Assembly: GCA_038245785.1 (NCBI GenBank)
Contig: JBBRSB010000007.1
Location: 87,338 to 151,337, forward strand
From: Gloeobacterales cyanobacterium
GTDB lineage: Bacteria > Cyanobacteriota > Cyanobacteriia > Gloeobacterales > PMM-0068
Direction: 5' to 3'
DNA length: 64,000 bases
Below, one piece after another: positions 1 through 11,252 of the stretch. The notes under the pieces were generated by a model that saw only the letters and a list, made by a program, of their open reading frames with translations, was not told the origin of the DNA and ran no database searches. The position numbers and the translations under genes were made by a program. The first letter of the stretch is position 1; each line of letters opens with the position of its first letter.

Positions 1-1089
1 TTTCTCCCCCCTTGCTTTTTACATCCTTATATCCGTCAAGCGACCTTAGCTTTAGTAACCACGACCGTATTTGATCGGTCCCGCTGGCGTTACCAAGACC
101 GAGCCTATCGCCGGGTCTACCTGGATACGGGTCACCTTTTAGGCAACATTGAACTTGCCAGTGCCTTGCTGGGGTTCCACGCTGGTCTGCTGGGCGGTTT
201 CTATGACGATGGTTTGGCGGACCTTTTGTACCTGAATATTAAGGAGGAAGCTCCCAGTGCAGTGGTAGCTCTTCTAGAAAATCCTGGAGGAGAACGTACG
301 GATTGGGAAGGAAGTTTAGTCCTTCCTTCTGAAAAATGTATCGATTACCCAGAGGTCGAATCGGGAGCGCTGTTGAACTTCATCCATAGCCACTCCAAAA
401 TTGGCCAATCTCCCAGGGGTCCACAGCCCGCAGAAGCTGAGCGGGATAAATACAATTTCCCCTTCTGCCTCAAAGTTTCCACAGAAGCAGAACCAATTAT
501 TTGGCAAGACAAACTGGAAGAAACGATTATTCAACGTCGCTCTACCCGCCAATTTACAGGGGAAGACCTGACAATCCGTGAACTGCAGCAGATTCTCAGT
601 TTTACCTATCTACCCAGCAAATACGATAGCCAAGGATTCGATCCGAACCCGGAATACTTCGACCTCTCGCTACTAGAAACTTTTGTGGCCGTCACCGGAG
701 TTTTGGGCATTGATGAAGGTTGCTACTACTACGCCCCGCAAGCACGAGAACTGCGCCAAATTCGCTTTAAAAACTTCCGGCGAGAGATCAACTACCTCTG
801 CCTGGGTCAGGATTTGGGACGAGATGCAGGAGCTGTCATCTTCCATACCGCTGACCTGAAAAAAGCCGTAGACCGCTACGGAGAGCGCGCCTACCGCTAC
901 TTGCATATGGATGCAGGACACCTGGGCCAACGCATCAACTTGGCAGCCATCCGCCTCGACTTAGGCGTGAGTGGGATTGCTGGCTTCTTTGATGACCAGG
1001 TGAATGAAGTCTTGGGCATCCCCGAAGACGAAGCTGTTCTATATATCACGGCGCTGGGCCGCCCATCTCGTCGGGGGAATGGCAGCTAA
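1..1089 (+). CDS. SagB/ThcOx-family nitroreductase-like dehydrogenase (5' partial, two nitroreductase domains)
   Basis: Frame open from base 1 (RSRWRYQDRAYRRVYLDTGH); second domain has RRSTRQF and YGERAYRYLHMDAGHLGQ motifs. Confidence 0.85.
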   Translation, partial: FLPPCFLHPYIRQATLALVTTTVFDRSRWRYQDRAYRRVYLDTGHLLGNIELASALLGFHAGLLGGFYDDGLADLLYLNIKEEAPSAVVALLENPGGERTDWEGSLVLPSEKCIDYPEVESGALLNFIHSHSKIGQSPRGPQPAEAERDKYNFPFCLKVSTEAEPIIWQDKLEETIIQRRSTRQFTGEDLTIRELQQILSFTYLPSKYDSQGFDPNPEYFDLSLLETFVAVTGVLGIDEGCYYYAPQARELRQIRFKNFRREINYLCLGQDLGRDAGAVIFHTADLKKAVDRYGERAYRYLHMDAGHLGQRINLAAIRLDLGVSGIAGFFDDQVNEVLGIPEDEAVLYITALGRPSRRGNGS

Positions 1090-2009
1090 TGCTCGCTCAC
1101 CGCAGCAACTAGCACACGGTGACGAGGAGTATTACAGGTTAGCGTCGGTTTAGTGAAGCCATTATCGGCAATCGCTTGCTCCAGGTCAAAGGAGAAGTAA
1201 TCATCCATGTAGGGTTCCGTACTCTTGAGCAGCGTCAGGATATAGGGAGGCATTTTTCCGTAAATTTCGGACTTAGGATTCATATCCATTAGGGCGAAGT
1301 GTCCACCAGGACGAAGTACTCTCCTTGCCTCTTGAATAATCTGGATGGCAGCGGTTCGAGGAAGCTCATGGAATAGGAGACACGCGGATACGAGGTCTAC
1401 AGAGGCTGAGGGTAAACCGGTGGACTCAGCAGGAGCATGGAGCCAGGTGGGAGCCGTTCGATCTGTGTCCCGTTTCTGAGAACGATACTGGGCTACGGCC
1501 AGGAAATAGGGCGACAGATCCACGCCTGTGATTTTTGCCTGTGGATAGAGGGCTTGCATTGCAAAGGTGCTCATACCCACGCTACAGCCCAAATCCAAAA
1601 TATCTTGGGGCGCATTCGCTAGCTGGGCTTTGAGAATATCGTGATAGCTCTGCCGGAAGCGGGCATCCCCTTTGGCTCCTTCCTCGGGCCAGATGCGCCC
1701 ATGGACAGCATAGGCCGCCACTTCCACTTCCGTTGCTGGTTCCCAGCCCAGGTTGCCCTCTTCATAGGCATGGAAAGAGCGCACATAGTAGTCAGGATAG
1801 GAAAGATTGGGATTGTTAACTTGGTTAAACTCGGCAGTCCAATCTCTAGCGCGTAAGGCCGCTGCTTCTTGAGTCCACTGCACACCAATCGACTCGGCCC
1901 GTTTGATCATCATTTGACGGGCTTGGTGCTTTGCCAGATTAGCCAGGGGTTTGATGGAGAGGATGCCGTTGACAAGGCGGGAGGAAAGTCTGGGAGTGGA
2001 AGCAACCAT
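1086..2009 (-). CDS. Class I SAM-dependent methyltransferase
   Basis: ILDLGCSVG motif I, GVDLSPYFL, LFHELP, RVLRPGG. Confidence 0.85.
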   Translation of the reverse strand: MVASTPRLSSRLVNGILSIKPLANLAKHQARQMMIKRAESIGVQWTQEAAALRARDWTAEFNQVNNPNLSYPDYYVRSFHAYEEGNLGWEPATEVEVAAYAVHGRIWPEEGAKGDARFRQSYHDILKAQLANAPQDILDLGCSVGMSTFAMQALYPQAKITGVDLSPYFLAVAQYRSQKRDTDRTAPTWLHAPAESTGLPSASVDLVSACLLFHELPRTAAIQIIQEARRVLRPGGHFALMDMNPKSEIYGKMPPYILTLLKSTEPYMDDYFSFDLEQAIADNGFTKPTLTCNTPRHRVLVAAVSEH

Positions 2010-2113
2010 AGTAGTCCTAAGAACTGCTTTATTTTAATCGAGGGCAAGGAAGTAAGCGGGAAGGAATTGACAACCAAAATTAATTTGGGTAAGCGTAGGG
2101 TTAGATTTAATTA

Positions 2114-4957
2114 ATGGATGGTCTCACTCAAGCGCTACAACAGCATTTTGGCTTTACGGATTTTCGGGCTGGGCAGCGGCAGGTTATCGAACAGGTGCTG
2201 GCTGGGCAGCACACCCTAGCCGTTCTCCCCACGGGCCGAGGCAAATCCCTTTGCTATCAGCTCCCCGCCCTGATGGCTCCAGGAACCACGCTAGTCATCT
2301 CGCCCTTGATTGCCTTGATGCAAGACCAAGTGCAGGGTTTAGCCCGTCGCGGTATCCACCAAGCTACTTATTTAAACAGTTCGCTGAGTGCCAGTGAAGT
2401 CTATGAACGGCTACGGGGTATCCGCCAGGGTCAATACAAGTTGCTCTATGTCGCTCCGGAGCGTTTTGGCGACCCCCGCTTTCAGGAACTGCTAAACGAA
2501 CTAACAATCAGCCTCTTTGTGATTGACGAAGCCCACTGTGTCAGCCAATGGGGCCACGATTTTCGGCCAGACTACCGCAACCTCGCAGGCCATCTAGATT
2601 CCCTAGGAGAAACGACGGTCTTGGCCTTGACCGCCACGGCCACTCCCCGCGTCCGCAAAGACATCATCGCGAACCTCAGACGTCCCCTTCAAGAAGTGAG
2701 TGCGGATTTCGACCGTCCCAACCTCACATTCATCTGCCGCCAACCCTCCGACCAAAAAGCAAAAGACCGCGAAGTCCTGCGTTTGCTGAAAGAAAATTCG
2801 GGTTCCGCCATTATTTATGTCAGTAGTCGAGCAGAAGCAGACCGCCTAGGCGTTTGGTTAGAGCAGGAAGGTATGCGCACAGGAGTCTATCACGCAGGTT
2901 TAAACAATGAGACCCGTGCCCGAGTACAGGAGCAATTTCAACAGGACCAGCTCAGAATTTTGGTAGCGACCGTCGCTTTTGGCATGGGTGTGGATAAACC
3001 CGATGTCCGTCAGGTTATTCACTACAACCTTCCTACTTCTTTAGAAAATTACTATCAAGAAGCTGGACGTTCTGGACGGGATGGAGAAGCCAGCCAATGT
3101 ACTTTGTTTTATGTTCCTAAAGATTACCAAATCCAGAAGTTTTTGATTGACCGAGACTATCCAGAAGAGGGAGATATCCGCACGGTTTATCGCCGCATTC
3201 ATCGCAGCCCAGAACCGATTTCTAGAGAAGATATCCGGGCTGATTTTGAAACTAAAGATGAAACCAAGGCCAATGCAGCCTTAAAGCTTTTATTAGACCA
3301 GGACTGGATCACAGAGGTCACCTCCGGTCATTACAAGACAACTCGCGCCGTCAATAGTCCCAAGATAGACCGTCGTGCCTTAGACGCCCGCCGAGAACAA
3401 ACCTATATCCGGCTCAATCAGATTGTGGACTACGCCACAGGGCCGCGCTGCCGCCGTCAAGTTCTTTTGTCCTACTTTGGCCAGGATTATCACCCTCCTT
3501 GTGCCAGCTGTGATATCTGCATGGAAGGGAGAGACACTACGCCCGCCGTCGGCTCCCAGGAATCAGACCAGATGGCCCGTGGCCTTTTAGAAGCCGTATC
3601 CCAATTTGATGGAAAATTTGGTCGCTCCACCATCAGCAAGCTTTTAACGGGCAGTCAAGCCAAACAGATTCAGCAGTGGAATTTGAACCGTTCCCCTTGG
3701 TATGGAAAATTCAAAAATCACAGCCTAAAAGTCATAGATGACTGGCTCAAATATCTTTGTGCCCAAAAGCTGTTAGGCGTCACGATTGGCGAATATCCCA
3801 AACTTTATGTCATGAAAGAAGGACGCCAAGCCCTTACAGAAGAAGTGTGGATTGCGCTACCGGGATTGGGAGGAACTTCCCCAAAAAGCGTTAAATCATC
3901 CCTGGTCGATACCTACAGTACGCTTGCTGAGCCTGCCTTAGTCGAAGCATGCCTGGAGAGACTGCGAGAATGGCGTGGTCAGAAAGCGCGGGCTGCTGAT
4001 GTTCCGCCCTTCCTGATTCTGCCGGATACTACGCTACGCCTCTTGGCCGAAAAGCAACCGCAAACCATAGAACAGCTGCCCCAGATCAAAGGTTTAGGGC
4101 CAAAGAAAATTGAACAGTTTGGGCAGGAACTTCTAGAAATCCTGAACAGCGAAGACTTTCCTCAAGAGGAAGAAGAGCTGCACCCAAGAGAAGAGCGAGT
4201 AAGCGTAGAAGTCAGTCAAGAATTGTCCCCACTCCCGCTAGTCCCCGTTAGACAGTCTCTACCCGTGCAAGCTTCTACAACCCCAACTAAACCTGTTCCT
4301 CGCGCTGTAGGGCTCGCTATGCTGCGTGCAGTGGCTCAAAAGAGCCAATCGCGGACTCTTTTATGTACAAGCCTACGCAAAGCTAAACCCTGCTCAGCAC
4401 TTCCGGAAGATGAAGTATACAACTGCATTCATCTAATGATGGCCAAGGGCTATCTAGACCTAGAAGAAGACACTGTAGTCCTTACAGAACAGGGATACCA
4501 GGCCATTGGCCTTCAGCCGGAAGCAGCACTGACCCAGCAAGAACTGTCACAGGAAGATCCTCTAATCGAGTTGGAACGGATGGCGCAAGGAGGAGCAGTC
4601 CCTCCGCAAAAGGTGCTAGAGACTTTGCTGGCATCCCGTAGCGAACTAACCAACGAGGACTATCTCCTACTTATCGAAGGATTAGCTTATTACCAAGTCT
4701 TAGCCCCGCTCTATCACTGGCTGGCAGAAGAATCTCAGGACCCGCTTATTCTCCAATCGTTAATCACGGTCCTAGGGCATTTTGGAGAAGAAAAACGACT
4801 TTTGCCTCTGTTACAGCATGTAAATCCAGGGATACGCTTACACACAGTCCGCACTTTGAGTAAATTAAGCAAGATGGAATTCTTAACAAAGGCTGCAGAA
4901 CATGAAACAGATCCCCAAGTGCGGAGAGCTTACCGAGTAGCCTTGAAAAAGTGCTGA
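2114..4957 (+). CDS. recQ: RecQ-family DNA helicase with RQC, HRDC and a long C-terminal extension
   Basis: [50 protein letters not shown], Zn-binding CRR...CASCDIC, HRDC (LREWR...VPPFLI). Confidence 0.93.
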   Translation: MDGLTQALQQHFGFTDFRAGQRQVIEQVLAGQHTLAVLPTGRGKSLCYQLPALMAPGTTLVISPLIALMQDQVQGLARRGIHQATYLNSSLSASEVYERLRGIRQGQYKLLYVAPERFGDPRFQELLNELTISLFVIDEAHCVSQWGHDFRPDYRNLAGHLDSLGETTVLALTATATPRVRKDIIANLRRPLQEVSADFDRPNLTFICRQPSDQKAKDREVLRLLKENSGSAIIYVSSRAEADRLGVWLEQEGMRTGVYHAGLNNETRARVQEQFQQDQLRILVATVAFGMGVDKPDVRQVIHYNLPTSLENYYQEAGRSGRDGEASQCTLFYVPKDYQIQKFLIDRDYPEEGDIRTVYRRIHRSPEPISREDIRADFETKDETKANAALKLLLDQDWITEVTSGHYKTTRAVNSPKIDRRALDARREQTYIRLNQIVDYATGPRCRRQVLLSYFGQDYHPPCASCDICMEGRDTTPAVGSQESDQMARGLLEAVSQFDGKFGRSTISKLLTGSQAKQIQQWNLNRSPWYGKFKNHSLKVIDDWLKYLCAQKLLGVTIGEYPKLYVMKEGRQALTEEVWIALPGLGGTSPKSVKSSLVDTYSTLAEPALVEACLERLREWRGQKARAADVPPFLILPDTTLRLLAEKQPQTIEQLPQIKGLGPKKIEQFGQELLEILNSEDFPQEEEELHPREERVSVEVSQELSPLPLVPVRQSLPVQASTTPTKPVPRAVGLAMLRAVAQKSQSRTLLCTSLRKAKPCSALPEDEVYNCIHLMMAKGYLDLEEDTVVLTEQGYQAIGLQPEAALTQQELSQEDPLIELERMAQGGAVPPQKVLETLLASRSELTNEDYLLLIEGLAYYQVLAPLYHWLAEESQDPLILQSLITVLGHFGEEKRLLPLLQHVNPGIRLHTVRTLSKLSKMEFLTKAAEHETDPQVRRAYRVALKKC

Positions 4958-5059
4958 AAACTCGTGCACAAATCTTATTAACTGAGGGCTACTAGCACAT
5001 TGAAAACGCTCATATAGTGGTTTAGCTTGTAGATAACAAACCCGCTCCTAATCACGACT

Positions 5060-5296
5060 ATGACCATGGTTATCATGCTTTATGGTGCAGCTACCCTATT
5101 TCTAGCGGTAGGTATAGGATTTTTATTGACCCGTACAGTTCGTATCTTTTCTGGGTCCCCCAATCGTAGCGACTATCCGGAGCCCCCTACCCCTGTAAGT
5201 ATGGTTAAGCCTCTTCAAAGTAGAGAAGAAGTGATTGCCATGCTCGAACGCCAGTTCCGAAATAGTCCGTCTACGGATCCTAGGGACCGTAGATAA
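5060..5296 (+). CDS. Small single-pass membrane hypothetical protein
   Basis: ATG start, N-terminal hydrophobic helix, TAATG coupling to next ORF. Confidence 0.6.
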   Translation: MTMVIMLYGAATLFLAVGIGFLLTRTVRIFSGSPNRSDYPEPPTPVSMVKPLQSREEVIAMLERQFRNSPSTDPRDRR

Positions 5297-5601
5297 TGCG
5301 CCCAGCCCTTGACCCCCTTACATTCCCCGATGCAGCCTTCCAAGGTGACACGCTGGTAGTTACGGTCGAAGGCCGTAATTTAGCTAACATTCATACCGCT
5401 CATGTTCGACCGGCTAAGGGGATGACGATTTCCTTAGGAGACCCCTTGGGCAAGGGCAAGCAGCCTATAAAGGCAAGTGCTGATCAATTAACCCTAACGC
5501 TTGAAATAGACCGCTCAACCCCGCCTGGAGAAAAATGGTTGTGGGTAGAGTCTGAGTATGGCAATAGCCCTCAGCTAATGTTGATCGTCATGTTGCTGTA
5601 G
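5296..5601 (+). CDS. Hypothetical protein (possible small beta-sandwich fold)
   Basis: 101-aa ORF coupled to upstream ORF by 1-bp overlap. Confidence 0.55.
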   Translation: MRPALDPLTFPDAAFQGDTLVVTVEGRNLANIHTAHVRPAKGMTISLGDPLGKGKQPIKASADQLTLTLEIDRSTPPGEKWLWVESEYGNSPQLMLIVMLL

Positions 5602-5620
5602 CATCCTTTCCCCAACCCCG

Positions 5621-6238
5621 TTAAGCTTTTCTTTTGAAAGAATCAAAAAACGTTTTGACTTCATCACTTTCTAGATCTTTAGCTTCTTTGACGGTGTAGA
5701 TAATCTGATAAAGCTTGTTTTTGTCCATAATGTAATCGACACGACCATAGAACTTTTCTTGGTCCCGAACTCCTTCTACCCGTAAACTCCGATGTTTTTG
5801 GCTATCTGGAGAAGTTATATCTTTTTGAGAAGTTATCTGCCCACCATTTTTCTTGACCCGTTCTGCCAACACGTTAAACAAGTCAGTAGAGGACTTATTT
5901 TTGAGTATTTTTGTGTTAGAAAGGTCTGACACAATAACCGTGACTAGGCTGACTCCTTTGGCGAGTCGAGTCGCATTAAACGTGCTAGAAACCGCTGACT
6001 CTTCGCCAAAATCAATGAGAGAATCAGTCTTAGGGACTAGACGAAATCCCCCAGGGTAAACCAAGCTAAAATCAGAGCCTTCTGGAGAAACCGTCTTTGA
6101 TTCCACAGGGACAAGACTAGATAGGGCACCACAGCTGACACAAAGCAGTAACGTCATTCCACTCAGAGCCGTCCCTAATTTGTTGAAAAGTGGACTCTTC
6201 TGGCTCCTAATCCCCCGAATATTCCCTCTAACGCTCAT
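5621..6238 (-). CDS. Putative lipoprotein (possibly PsbP/DcrB-like fold); start uncertain (6238 or 6157)
   Basis: Hydrophobic stretch ending LLLCVSC (lipobox-like); C-terminal KLYQIIY...FFDSFK pattern. Confidence 0.55.
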   Translation of the reverse strand: MSVRGNIRGIRSQKSPLFNKLGTALSGMTLLLCVSCGALSSLVPVESKTVSPEGSDFSLVYPGGFRLVPKTDSLIDFGEESAVSSTFNATRLAKGVSLVTVIVSDLSNTKILKNKSSTDLFNVLAERVKKNGGQITSQKDITSPDSQKHRSLRVEGVRDQEKFYGRVDYIMDKNKLYQIIYTVKEAKDLESDEVKTFFDSFKRKA

Positions 6239-6260
6239 TTCCCTACGGCCCCAGAACCTC

Positions 6261-7232
6261 ATGACAGAAGACTATCACGCATCCCCCACTGAATTTACGC
6301 CTATCCCCCAAGCCCCGAAAGGATTCAAATCGGGCTTTGTCGGCATTGTCGGCAGACCCAATGTCGGAAAATCCACTTTGATGAACCGCTTAATCGGCGA
6401 GAAAGTAGCGATCACTTCTCCGGTGGCTCAGACCACCCGCAATCGATTGCAGGGGGTGCTCACAACGCCCAATGCCCAAATCATCTTTGTGGACACGCCA
6501 GGAATTCACAAGCCCCATCATCTTTTGGGAGAAGTGCTCGTCTTCAATGCCCAGCAAGTGATCAATAGCGTGGATCTGCTGCTATTCATTGTCGATAGCA
6601 CCGAACCCCCAGGCCCTGGAGATCACTTTATTGCAGAGCAACTGCAACACACCTCGGTTCCGGTCCTGATTATTGCCAATAAAGTAGACCAGCGTTCTCC
6701 CAAACGCGCCCTAGACCTGCAGCAGGGCTATCGAGAATTATTAGAGCCCTATCGAGAACCGATTCCTGTCTCCGCGAGAACGGGTAAGGGCATGGAGAAA
6801 TTACTCACCGCCATTGGCAATCGCTTACCCAAAGGCCCCTATTACTATCCACCGGACTATCTCACTGACCAGCCAGAACGCTTCATCTGTGCAGAACTGA
6901 TCCGGGAACAGGTGCTCTTGCTGACAGAACAGGAAATCCCTCACTCCGTAGCCGTAGTCATCGAATCGATGAAAGTCCGGCCTGCCCACACCCGCAAAAA
7001 TTCTCCAATGATTACGCATATCCAGGCGGCTATTCATGTCGAGCGAGATTCCCAGAAAGGCATCTTGATTGGCAAAGAAGGCCGCATGCTCAAAGAAATT
7101 GGCACTCAGTCCCGCAAACGCATGGAAAAGCTGGTGGACGGCTCCATATTTCTAGAACTCTTTGTGAAAGTAAATCCCCGCTGGCGTTCTTCGAATCAAG
7201 CCTTGAAAGAATTTGGCTACAAGAAAGAGTAA
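6261..7232 (+). CDS. era: GTPase Era
   Basis: FKSGFVGIVGRPNVGKST, QTTR, DTPG, NKVD, KH domain (ILIGKEG); start moved to ATG 6261. Confidence 0.96.
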   Translation: MTEDYHASPTEFTPIPQAPKGFKSGFVGIVGRPNVGKSTLMNRLIGEKVAITSPVAQTTRNRLQGVLTTPNAQIIFVDTPGIHKPHHLLGEVLVFNAQQVINSVDLLLFIVDSTEPPGPGDHFIAEQLQHTSVPVLIIANKVDQRSPKRALDLQQGYRELLEPYREPIPVSARTGKGMEKLLTAIGNRLPKGPYYYPPDYLTDQPERFICAELIREQVLLLTEQEIPHSVAVVIESMKVRPAHTRKNSPMITHIQAAIHVERDSQKGILIGKEGRMLKEIGTQSRKRMEKLVDGSIFLELFVKVNPRWRSSNQALKEFGYKKE

Positions 7233-7335
7233 CCCCTCAGTCCCTCAACCCCTCAGTTCTAATCTGGCACCCGCAACTTTCTCTTCCCAGAAAGGGCTCC
7301 CCTTGAGGGGAGCTGTCCCGCAGGGACTGAGGGGT
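7232..7335. repeat. REP/MITE-like palindromic element bounded by 14-bp inverted repeats
   Basis: ACCCCTCAGTCCCT (7232-7245) and AGGGACTGAGGGGT (7322-7335) are exact reverse complements; internal hairpin GCTCCCC-TTGA-GGGGAGC (7296-7313). Confidence 0.7.
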
Positions 7336-7410
7336 CAGAATTCACAAAATATTGGTTGGACGGAACCCGCTCCAGAAAGGCTAGATTAGGCTTATTGGTG
7401 TGACAGGGAT

Positions 7411-9534
7411 ATGGCGTCTGAATTTTCTCCTCCGCGTAACAAATTTTTGAAGTCCTTCTTCAACCCCAAATTTCTCTTCTTCGCCTTGCTCATCTTTGGG
7501 GTCGCCTCATGGATCGGGATTACCTGGGATCTGCCCAGTGCAGACCAGATCCGCAACTATGTCCCAAAATCCAGCGTCAAAATTCAGGCTGCGGATGGCT
7601 CAACTATTTATAACGGCGGGGCAGGACCAACCCGTAGAGTTTCCTATCAGGAAATCCCCAAAGATCTGCGTGAGGCGATCGTCGCCACCGAAGACCGTCG
7701 CTTTTTTGAGCACAATGGAGTTGACTTCTTGGGAATTGGACGGGCACTGCTCCGAGATCTGCAATCGGGAGGGCTAAAAGAAGGAGGGTCTACAATCACC
7801 CAGCAGCTAGCCCGGAATTTATTTTTGACTCAGGAGCGGACGCTCTGGCGCAAACTCAAAGAAGCAGCCATCGCTGCGCGCATTGAACAGGATTTTTCTA
7901 AAGAAGAAATTCTGACGCTCTATCTAAACCAGGTCTATCTGGGTTCAGGAGCCTATGGCGTTTCCGATGCTTCTCTCCTCTATTTCAATAAACCTGTTCA
8001 GCAATTGAAGCTCACGGAGTCTGCACTTCTAGCCGGTTTACCGCAAGCCCCCAGCCGTTACTCTCCGCTCATCAACAAGGAATTGGCCCGTAAACGGCGG
8101 GATATCGTGCTGAAAAACATGGTGGAAGCAGGATTTCTTAAACAAAGTGACTACCTCAAGGCCAAAGCCAGGCCCTTAACCATCAATCCCCGGCCGCAAC
8201 TGCTTAAGAATCAGGCGGCCTATTTTACGTCCTATATCCAGTCCTTGTTGCCAGAAGTTTTGGGCACTACCGTTCAAGGAGGGCTAACCGTAGAAACCAC
8301 CTTAGACCCTTTCATTCAAGCCCAAGCCCAGAGTGCCTTGACCCGAGCCTTAGCTCGCAATCAAGGGCGCAAAATAGAACAGGGAGCGATTGTTTCGATA
8401 GACCCCAACACCGGTGAAATCAGGGCTTTGGTCGGGGGGGAAGATTTTCAGAAAAGTCAATTTAACCGGGCGGTACAAGCCCTCCGCCAGCCAGGATCTG
8501 CGTTTAAGGTTTTTGTCTATACCCATGCCCTGGAGACAGGCATTGATCCTGGCACCGTCTATGTGGATGAACCCGTCCGCTTTGGCAATTATGAAGTCAA
8601 AAACTATGACCGGGATTATCAAGGCCCGATGACCTTAGTGAAGGCTTTGCAGGAATCTCGCAATACCATTGCCGTCAAACTAATCGAACAAGTGGGAGAG
8701 CGGGAAACCATAGAAACGGCTCAACGGATGGGCATCAACAGTCCTTTACAAGCAAATCCAACCCTCGCCCTGGGATCTTCCGAGACCACGCTCCTAGAGT
8801 TAACCAGTGCCTACGGAACGCTGGCAAGTGGCGGTATCCGCACAGAACCAAGTGCTATTCGGCGCATCTTGGACCAATCGGGCCAAGTCCTCTACGAATC
8901 CAAACGCCAGCAGAACCAGGCTGTTACTCCAGAAGTAGCCTGGAGTATGACCAAGATGCTGGAACAGGTAGTCAAGGGAGGAACAGGCAGAAGAGCTAAC
9001 ATTGGTAGACCTGTGGCTGGGAAAACAGGCACCAGCGAGAACAATCGGGACTTACTCTTCGTCGGCTATATTCCCCAGTTAGTCACCGGCGTCTGGCTAG
9101 GCAACGATGATAGTTCTCCCACCCGTGGGGCCAGCAGTATAGCAGCGGGCGTATGGGGAGAAATGATGAATAAGGTAGCGAATAAACTGCCCGTCATCGC
9201 TTTTACAGAACCGAGTAACCTTTCTACTGACCTGCGTGACCGGGTATTGGCCGCAGCAGAAGGCCGACCCATCCCCTCCTACCTCCCGACCGACACAACA
9301 GGGGGCATTCCTCAGGACCAAGCGACAGAGCCGGCCCCTGCGCCTGTAGATCCCAACGTCGCCCCACCCCCTCAGGATTCAGTCCCTACAGACAATTCCC
9401 CTCATAACAGTGCGCCCTTAGATCCTTCTAATCCCCAATGTTTTGACCCTAATACTGCCTACAAAGGAGAGTCCGCCTGTGCGACGGGAGATGGCTTTGA
9501 TGGCTATCGGGAGCAACGAAACCGAAAACGGTAG
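7411..9534 (+). CDS. Class A penicillin-binding protein (PBP1A family)
   Basis: N-terminal TM, EDRRFFEHNG, GGSTITQQLARN, RKLKE; transpeptidase SAFK, SRN, KTG; Pro-rich tail. Confidence 0.93.
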   Translation: MASEFSPPRNKFLKSFFNPKFLFFALLIFGVASWIGITWDLPSADQIRNYVPKSSVKIQAADGSTIYNGGAGPTRRVSYQEIPKDLREAIVATEDRRFFEHNGVDFLGIGRALLRDLQSGGLKEGGSTITQQLARNLFLTQERTLWRKLKEAAIAARIEQDFSKEEILTLYLNQVYLGSGAYGVSDASLLYFNKPVQQLKLTESALLAGLPQAPSRYSPLINKELARKRRDIVLKNMVEAGFLKQSDYLKAKARPLTINPRPQLLKNQAAYFTSYIQSLLPEVLGTTVQGGLTVETTLDPFIQAQAQSALTRALARNQGRKIEQGAIVSIDPNTGEIRALVGGEDFQKSQFNRAVQALRQPGSAFKVFVYTHALETGIDPGTVYVDEPVRFGNYEVKNYDRDYQGPMTLVKALQESRNTIAVKLIEQVGERETIETAQRMGINSPLQANPTLALGSSETTLLELTSAYGTLASGGIRTEPSAIRRILDQSGQVLYESKRQQNQAVTPEVAWSMTKMLEQVVKGGTGRRANIGRPVAGKTGTSENNRDLLFVGYIPQLVTGVWLGNDDSSPTRGASSIAAGVWGEMMNKVANKLPVIAFTEPSNLSTDLRDRVLAAAEGRPIPSYLPTDTTGGIPQDQATEPAPAPVDPNVAPPPQDSVPTDNSPHNSAPLDPSNPQCFDPNTAYKGESACATGDGFDGYREQRNRKR

Positions 9535-9670
9535 TAAAAGCTTTCAAGTCCGAGGCTAATAACCGAACAAACTGATCTAATTAAAGGGAATAGTAATGTT
9601 GGCACGCTCACAGACACTGACCATAAAGAATTTCCAGGAGTACATCAGATGAGTAAGCACTATTAACTCT

Positions 9671-10519
9671 ATGGAAATGATCTTTGGGAGTGTAATCACC
9701 TCTGTCTTCTTTATATGCCTAGAAAAGCTTTTTCCTGCACAACAGCAAAGAACATTACGTGAGGGGTGGCATATTGATGTGGCCCACTTTGTTGTTAATT
9801 ATTTTGCAGTCCAGCTTGGTGTGATTCTTGCTATCCTACCCGTATATTTATTATCATATTTCTTTAGCTGGGCTATCCCTCCTGGGGTACAAGCAGTCGT
9901 TACCAGTCAGCCCGGATGGCTGCAGTTTTTGGAAGCTTTCCTAATCGCTGAAATCAGCTCTTACATTATCCATCGCTTAGTACATACTATCCCCTGGCTG
10001 TGGAAATTTCACTCAATTCATCACTGCAGCCCAGAGTTAGATTGGTTATCTGCCTTGCGATTCCATCCGATTGACTTGGTCCTAGAGAGGCTCTTTATTG
10101 TCGTTCCCCTATTTCTATTGGGTTTTAGCAAAGAGGTCCTTGAAGTATATGCACTGACTCGCACCTTTCAGTCTTTGTTTATTCATACCAATATAAATTT
10201 TGATTTTCCTATACTACGCTGGCTGATTGCAACTCCTGAATCTCATCGCTGGCATCATGATGAAGCACCTGAGACACAGAATAAGAACTTTGGGCAACCC
10301 TTTATTGATTTCTTATTTGGCACACTCTACCTTCCTAAGGATAAGAAGCCTGCAATTTACGGTGTGAATGAACTTGTCCTAGATAGCTACAAAGAGCAGT
10401 TACTTTATCCGTTCCAGGTAAAGAAACAGAGACAGAATCAGATTAGCCTGATAGAAAGCGCATCTCAGCAGAGTGAGCTTTTAGACTCTTCCATGTCCGA
10501 ATCTCCTATTCAGAGATAA
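9671..10519 (+). CDS. Sterol desaturase / fatty acid hydroxylase family protein
   Basis: His boxes HRLVH, HSIHH, HRWHH; hydrophobic segments. Confidence 0.88.
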   Translation: MEMIFGSVITSVFFICLEKLFPAQQQRTLREGWHIDVAHFVVNYFAVQLGVILAILPVYLLSYFFSWAIPPGVQAVVTSQPGWLQFLEAFLIAEISSYIIHRLVHTIPWLWKFHSIHHCSPELDWLSALRFHPIDLVLERLFIVVPLFLLGFSKEVLEVYALTRTFQSLFIHTNINFDFPILRWLIATPESHRWHHDEAPETQNKNFGQPFIDFLFGTLYLPKDKKPAIYGVNELVLDSYKEQLLYPFQVKKQRQNQISLIESASQQSELLDSSMSESPIQR

Positions 10520-10569
10520 GTCAATTTAAAGAAGCTTTCCAGTAAGCGATTTGCCCTGGAGCTATAGCC

Positions 10570-10989
10570 CTATCCTGGAAACGAGGAGAGAAAAGAGTAA
10601 ACCGGGTGACTATACTCTTTAGCTTTCATCAAAATAAGAATCCGCCGAGTTTTTGTAGGATCAGTCAAGTTGACATTGTAAGACTGAAAATCAAGATCGT
10701 AATAATTGATTTTCCAACAATAATCAACATCATCCTGCACAACTTTGCCAAAGTCATGCGCACCAACAGGATCATTCTCAGCAGTAAAGTCATCAAACTC
10801 CTGTACCTTGCTGATTAATTCACTGAGTTGCTCCTGAGGTAAATAACTTACTTCAGGAGTAATCCGCCATGGATGACCACTTTCTGAAATCAGAGTAGTA
10901 AGCGTCTGTAACGTAATTTTCCAATGAGGATTTTTACGCAACTGGTCATTCAGTTGGGCAATAGCCTGTGTACTGGAAGTAACGTCCAT
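10570..10989 (-). CDS. DUF3768-like protein
   Basis: IAQLNDQLR, FDDFTAENDPVGAHDFG, WKINYYD, DPTKTRRIL motifs. Confidence 0.75.
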   Translation of the reverse strand: MDVTSSTQAIAQLNDQLRKNPHWKITLQTLTTLISESGHPWRITPEVSYLPQEQLSELISKVQEFDDFTAENDPVGAHDFGKVVQDDVDYCWKINYYDLDFQSYNVNLTDPTKTRRILILMKAKEYSHPVYSFLSSFPG

Positions 10990-11252
10990 AAATTGCTCCT
11001 TTTAACGCAGATTTGTGGAATCAGGCGAAAAGTGGCTTATACAAATCACACAGTATCGACAGAAAACAGAAAAAAGCGGCAGGGTTGAAAGGGTAACCAA
11101 AAGGGAATTCTCTATCTTCAAGATACTGCTCAAAAACCATGGAACACTACTGATTTTCAGAACTTAACAGTGCGTGTTTAGGTAGATCGCAAAAGGCTCT
11201 GAGACCCTTCATCTCTTTATAAATAACGTTCAACCTTCAAAAATTGTCCATT

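Noticed and set aside
1..2009. RiPP (azole) biosynthetic cluster around the SagB-like gene
   Set aside because: No YcaO or precursor peptide is visible, and stand-alone copies are common in cyanobacteria; upstream context lies outside the window
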